DNA from: Nitrosopumilus sp.
Lineage (GTDB): Archaea; Thermoproteota; Nitrososphaeria; Nitrososphaerales; Nitrosopumilaceae
Direction of reading: 5' to 3'
DNA length: 64,000 bases
Assembly (NCBI GenBank): GCA_965197525.1
Contig: OZ240211.1
Location: 288,001-352,000 of the forward strand
Below, piece after piece: positions 60,193 to 64,000 of the stretch. The first letter of the stretch is position 1; every line of letters begins with the position of its first letter. The notes under the pieces are model-generated. The model was given only the letters and a program-made list of their open reading frames with translations. It did no database searches and was not told the DNA's origin. The translations under genes and the position numbers were made by a program.

Positions 60193-60474
60193 TTACTCTA
60201 CTATTTTGACCCCATTCCAAAATGCAATCATTCCTTTTATCTTCATGGCAGCGTCATTGGGTTGTGCATAATACCAAGCACAGTCAACATTAGTCTTGCC
60301 ATTTACAACAACAGAATAATAGCTTGCCATTCCTTTCCAGCCGCACACACTAGTAAATTCTGTTTTTTTAAAGTATTCTTCTTTGATAGAATCAAATGGA
60401 AAGTAATGATTCCCTTCAACGACTATTGTATCATCGCTTTGCGCAATAACAGCATCATTCCAGATTGCTTTCAT
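60193..60474 (-). CDS. DUF427 family protein
   Basis: VEGNHYFP, CGWKGMASYY, AWYY, IAFW. Confidence 0.88.
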   Translation of the reverse strand: MKAIWNDAVIAQSDDTIVVEGNHYFPFDSIKEEYFKKTEFTSVCGWKGMASYYSVVVNGKTNVDCAWYYAQPNDAAMKIKGMIAFWNGVKIVE

Positions 60475-60594
60475 ACTTTTGTATCTGTAAACAACTCTTT
60501 TTAAACGTAATTTTCAAATCGAGTTTTTACCAAATCGCTTAAAGAAAATATCAAATCATCCCCTCCAAAACACAATTAGCGATTTAAAAATATG

Positions 60595-62052
60595 TCACTC
60601 GTCACCCTTCATCTCTTGACGGCTCTTAAATTCAGGTGTGAGTCCCAGAGAATCGTAATTGCCAGTAGAGCATGTAAAACACATTGAATCCTTTGGAATA
60701 CCTACTGCTGCTGCAAGGTTTTCAGCATCATTATACCCTAAAAAGTCAGCACCGATACTCTTCCTTACCATCTCTGTGATTTTGGTGTTGTCGTCGTTAT
60801 CATGACTGTCATCTAACTGGCTATTATCAGAGAATGTTGCCAACTCTTCTTGAGAGGGAAAGTCAATTCCCGCATAGCATGGGAATTTTATAGGAGGATA
60901 CGTTATCACCATGCTAATCTTTCTTGCACCAGCCCGTCTGAGCGCTTTGATGATAGCCTTTGAGCTAGTGCCCCTAACCAAACTATCATCAATTACAACG
61001 ACGTGCTTCTCTTGAATTATCTCTTTAATTGGAATTATCCATCTATTAATCTCCACTCTGTCTGATTGGTGTGGTTCTATAAAACTACGCAACGGGCCTT
61101 TCTTACTATACCTGTCTTTTAGAAGACCCTCATCAAACGGGACTCCAAGCTCTTGTGCATATCCTAGTGCAGCAGGCCGTGCAGAGTCAGGAACGGGAAT
61201 AACTAGGTCAGCGTCTCGAATAGGGAATTTTTTTGCCAAAAACCTTCCGATATTTTTTCTTGCAACGTAAATGTTGGTACCCTCCATATTACTTGAAGGA
61301 TGCGCAAAATATGTAAACTCAAATGAACAATGCGCACGTGCAGGATCAGTTGAGAATGATTCACTCTCCAATCCATCCTTACTCATCTTGATCAACTCTC
61401 CGGGATTTACATTTCGTTTGAATGTCGCCCCGACTGCAGACACTGCAGAAGATTCAGATGCCACGATGTATGTATTATCAGATTCTTTGTGACCTAACAC
61501 CATGGGACGAAACCCCTTTGGATCACGTGCTGCATAAACTGATTGATCATCAGAGATAAATGTAAAACAGTACGAGCCGATCATCTCGTTTTTTAGAATC
61601 GACAGTGCTTGCCCCATCTGATTGTTCTCAGATATCAACGAAACCAGTCTTTGGGCTGCAACTAGAGTGTCACTAGCATTTTGTGGAGTAAACGAGCATC
61701 CTCCAACTAGGTTGGATAGCTCTTGGGCATTAGCTATGGTTCCGTTATGGGCAATACACAAATCTTTTACCCGAAGTGGTTGGGCATTCTCAAGTGTGCT
61801 CTTGCCCATCGTAGAATAACGAACATGTCCAATAACTGCACTAGAGGCATACTCTTTTGTAATTGCACGAAACTCAGGTGATGATGCTGATACCAAACCC
61901 AGTCGTTTAAGTGGCGGTTTATTGGGAACTGCAAGCCCCCACGCTTCCTGACCCCGATGCTGTAAGGCTCGCAGGGCGTCAATTGCCATCGGAATAACAT
62001 TGGTTCCAGTCAAACTGTAAATCCCTACGACACCGCAATTTTCTTTAACCAA
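60595..62052 (-). CDS. purF: Amidophosphoribosyltransferase
   Basis: ENCGVVG N-terminal nucleophile, LQHRGQE, GHVRYST, VIDDSLVRGTS. Confidence 0.96.
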   Translation of the reverse strand: MVKENCGVVGIYSLTGTNVIPMAIDALRALQHRGQEAWGLAVPNKPPLKRLGLVSASSPEFRAITKEYASSAVIGHVRYSTMGKSTLENAQPLRVKDLCIAHNGTIANAQELSNLVGGCSFTPQNASDTLVAAQRLVSLISENNQMGQALSILKNEMIGSYCFTFISDDQSVYAARDPKGFRPMVLGHKESDNTYIVASESSAVSAVGATFKRNVNPGELIKMSKDGLESESFSTDPARAHCSFEFTYFAHPSSNMEGTNIYVARKNIGRFLAKKFPIRDADLVIPVPDSARPAALGYAQELGVPFDEGLLKDRYSKKGPLRSFIEPHQSDRVEINRWIIPIKEIIQEKHVVVIDDSLVRGTSSKAIIKALRRAGARKISMVITYPPIKFPCYAGIDFPSQEELATFSDNSQLDDSHDNDDNTKITEMVRKSIGADFLGYNDAENLAAAVGIPKDSMCFTCSTGNYDSLGLTPEFKSRQEMKGDE

Positions 62053-62233
62053 GATAGACTACCGCCTGTTTAGTAGTATGACAGATAGTATATTGATTTA
62101 AACCTCGCAAAATGACAAAATCTGTTAGAAATTCTAGTGCCAGAATCATCCTCAAATATCATTGGATATTGAACAATAAAAATGATAGAGTTGATTACTA
62201 GTAAAAGATTGAATGCGTTGTATCAATATTGTC

Positions 62234-62248
62234 GGTTCTGTCGGGTTA
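62234..62248 (+). mobile_element. Solo IS6-like terminal repeat
   Basis: GGTTCTGTCGGGTTA, identical to 3139-3153, at the purF/accessory boundary. Confidence 0.5.
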
Positions 62249-62475
62249 TAGACATCTGAAATATGGATCTTAATTCTATCGTCCCAATCTTTCATGTTTT
62301 GCTCAAAAAAAAGACACTGTTCAGAATCACAGTCTACAATTTTTTCAGGACATATGATCAGCGCTGCATCAAGATTGATAAAACCTGTCAGATCTGCCAG
62401 CATAAAATATGTTTATTATTTATAGTTCTAAAGATTTATGTAAATCTTTATTAATATATCACAACTATTTGAATT

Positions 62476-63165
62476 ATGAAAACAGAGTATACGCAGGCCA
62501 TATCGCCAAATGAGCTTGACAGAGCCATGGTATTTGCCCAAGCCTTTACAAGTAAGTTAACGTACAGTGTAAAAAAAGATGCCAAAATGCATGCGGGGTC
62601 TATTTCTACTGCATATGGCAGATTAAGGATTTTAGAGCAGTTTGGGTTAGCCAAAGTCAATCGCGACATATTTACAATAAAATCAGATGTGGTAACCCAG
62701 CCGTTTTCCATCAGGAAAAGGCTATTTGAATCACTGACTGCATTGCAAAATGCAAGACGGTTTGGAAAATACTATAACGAATCTGATGTGAATTTTGCAA
62801 AAAAACATCTGCCAGCAGAGTCTCTGATCACTTTAGATTATGCCGCATGGGAATCAACCCGGTATCAAACACCATCAAAGTTTTTCGTGTACATCAAAGA
62901 TGTAGAAGAGTTTGCAAATTTTTTAATTGGTAATAATTTTCATGAGGGAAGAAATGGAGATGTGATCTTGCTGCCAAAGTTAGGGAATTTCGATAACGTA
63001 CTTGATCGAATATATCTGGACTGTATTGCCAGAGGTGGAAGAAACACATTTGATGGAATTGCATTGGAGCTGCTTTATGGTGATGCCATACAAAACAGGG
63101 GACATTTTCCCGTAGAAGTTATAAAAAAAGTTCAGGAAGACTTGCAAGGGTTGGAGATTGTCTGA
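62476..63165 (+). CDS. Putative AbiEi-like type IV antitoxin
   Basis: N-terminal helix-turn-helix-like region; DYAAW...YQTP..FFVYI and RIYLDCIARGGR resemble AbiEi C-terminal motifs; coupled to a nucleotidyltransferase fragment. Confidence 0.5.
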   Translation: MKTEYTQAISPNELDRAMVFAQAFTSKLTYSVKKDAKMHAGSISTAYGRLRILEQFGLAKVNRDIFTIKSDVVTQPFSIRKRLFESLTALQNARRFGKYYNESDVNFAKKHLPAESLITLDYAAWESTRYQTPSKFFVYIKDVEEFANFLIGNNFHEGRNGDVILLPKLGNFDNVLDRIYLDCIARGGRNTFDGIALELLYGDAIQNRGHFPVEVIKKVQEDLQGLEIV

Positions 63166-63301
63166 TATAATTGGCGAGGCATGCTCTATTGCCAAAGAGT
63201 TAAAAGATGCTGTAATAATCGGGGCCGTAGCAGTGATGCTGCACACGAAAAGATCACGAACCTCTAATGATGTTGGCGTAGTACTAGAGTGGCGTCATTA
63301 A
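63158..63301 (+). pseudogene. Truncated AbiEii-like nucleotidyltransferase (toxin) 5' fragment
   Basis: TTG overlaps the upstream TGA; VIIGAVAVMLHTKRSRTSNDVG matches the GxxA...RxTxDxD pattern with the second D changed; cut by an IS630 end. Confidence 0.5.
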
Positions 63302-64000
63302 GTCTTTGTAATTGCTTTTCTGAACATATACTGTTCAATATTCTGATTGAATGTAGCGGTTCTTAGATAATCATTGCGGCTCGTGCACAGTCACTAACAT
63401 GTTCATGGTGTTCATACATGAAAGGTTGAATCTTTAACTGGTGCCAACATTCTTCAATTGCATTAAATTCAGGACATCTTGTAGGCAAATACATTATTCG
63501 CAGTCTAGAACTGTTTGCTTTACAAATTTTTTAAACTTTTTTGTTTTATGTTGGGGTGCTGCATCCATTACAATGGCTACCTTGTCAGATAGTTCCAATA
63601 GTTTTTTGACAAATTTGAGAAACGTTGGACCGTTGAATTTTTTTTCTATAAAAAATATTGATGTGAGTCTGATATTGCACCATAAATTACACGTCTCTGA
63701 TGATCTCCAAAATAAACTCGGAGTATTTGTTGACCCACCGGCGACCATGGACCGCGCTTTGTGACATAGTCATGCATCAATATTGATTCATCCTGCACAT
63801 ACAGCTCAAAACCGTCCCGTTTTACGCATGAAATCCACCATTTCAGGGATTTTTGCCACTCTTCTATCTGTTCACTAGATGCCTTGTTTTTGTGTGCGGA
63901 ATCCGGGTACCTTTGGAGTAAAGTTATGACGACGCAATATGTCACGTATTCCAGATTCGGTGTATTTTACTCCTGTATCTTTTTTTATTTTATGTACAAG
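63284..64000 (-). pseudogene. IS630-family transposase remnant extending beyond the window
   Basis: YVQDES, VIYGAI, IVMDAAPQH in broken frames; end follows a TA at 63282-63283. Confidence 0.8.

Noticed and set aside
62152-62403. 83-aa minus-strand ORF running through the solo end
   Set aside because: No recognisable motif; it crosses the element end and may be a remnant or chance ORF

Overview
Archaeal chromosome segment, most likely Nitrososphaerota (Nitrosopumilaceae-like). The placement rests on a CdvB/ESCRT-III gene, archaeal ribosomal proteins with rnp1, proteasome alpha, a CFI-box-CTERM protein and thaumarchaeal-type hypotheticals. The conserved backbone (cdvB, psmA, rpl3-rpl6 cluster, tRNA-Asn, Liv-type ABC transporter, purC, purF) is interrupted by accessory DNA: three very large modular secreted proteins built from Ig-like domains carrying proprotein-convertase P-domains, many IS elements and remnants (IS5, ISH3, IS630, IS1595, IS6-like ends), a PAS histidine kinase/receiver pair flanked by two paralogous membrane proteins, an H1/HC2-like Lys/Ala protein, and a probable AbiE-like toxin-antitoxin pair. 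IS load, pseudogenes and adhesin-like proteins suggest a host-associated lineage (inference). The most unusual signal is an apparently intact tnpB, without tnpA, enclosed in perfect 25-bp terminal inverted repeats of IS6 type; the same end family recurs as a MITE and as two solo ends. Also unexplained are a 7-unit 17-bp repeat array and three copies of a 28-bp palindrome. Several frameshifts fall in homopolymers and several repeats look identical, so assembly artefacts must be excluded with reads. All family assignments come from motif recognition, not database searches.
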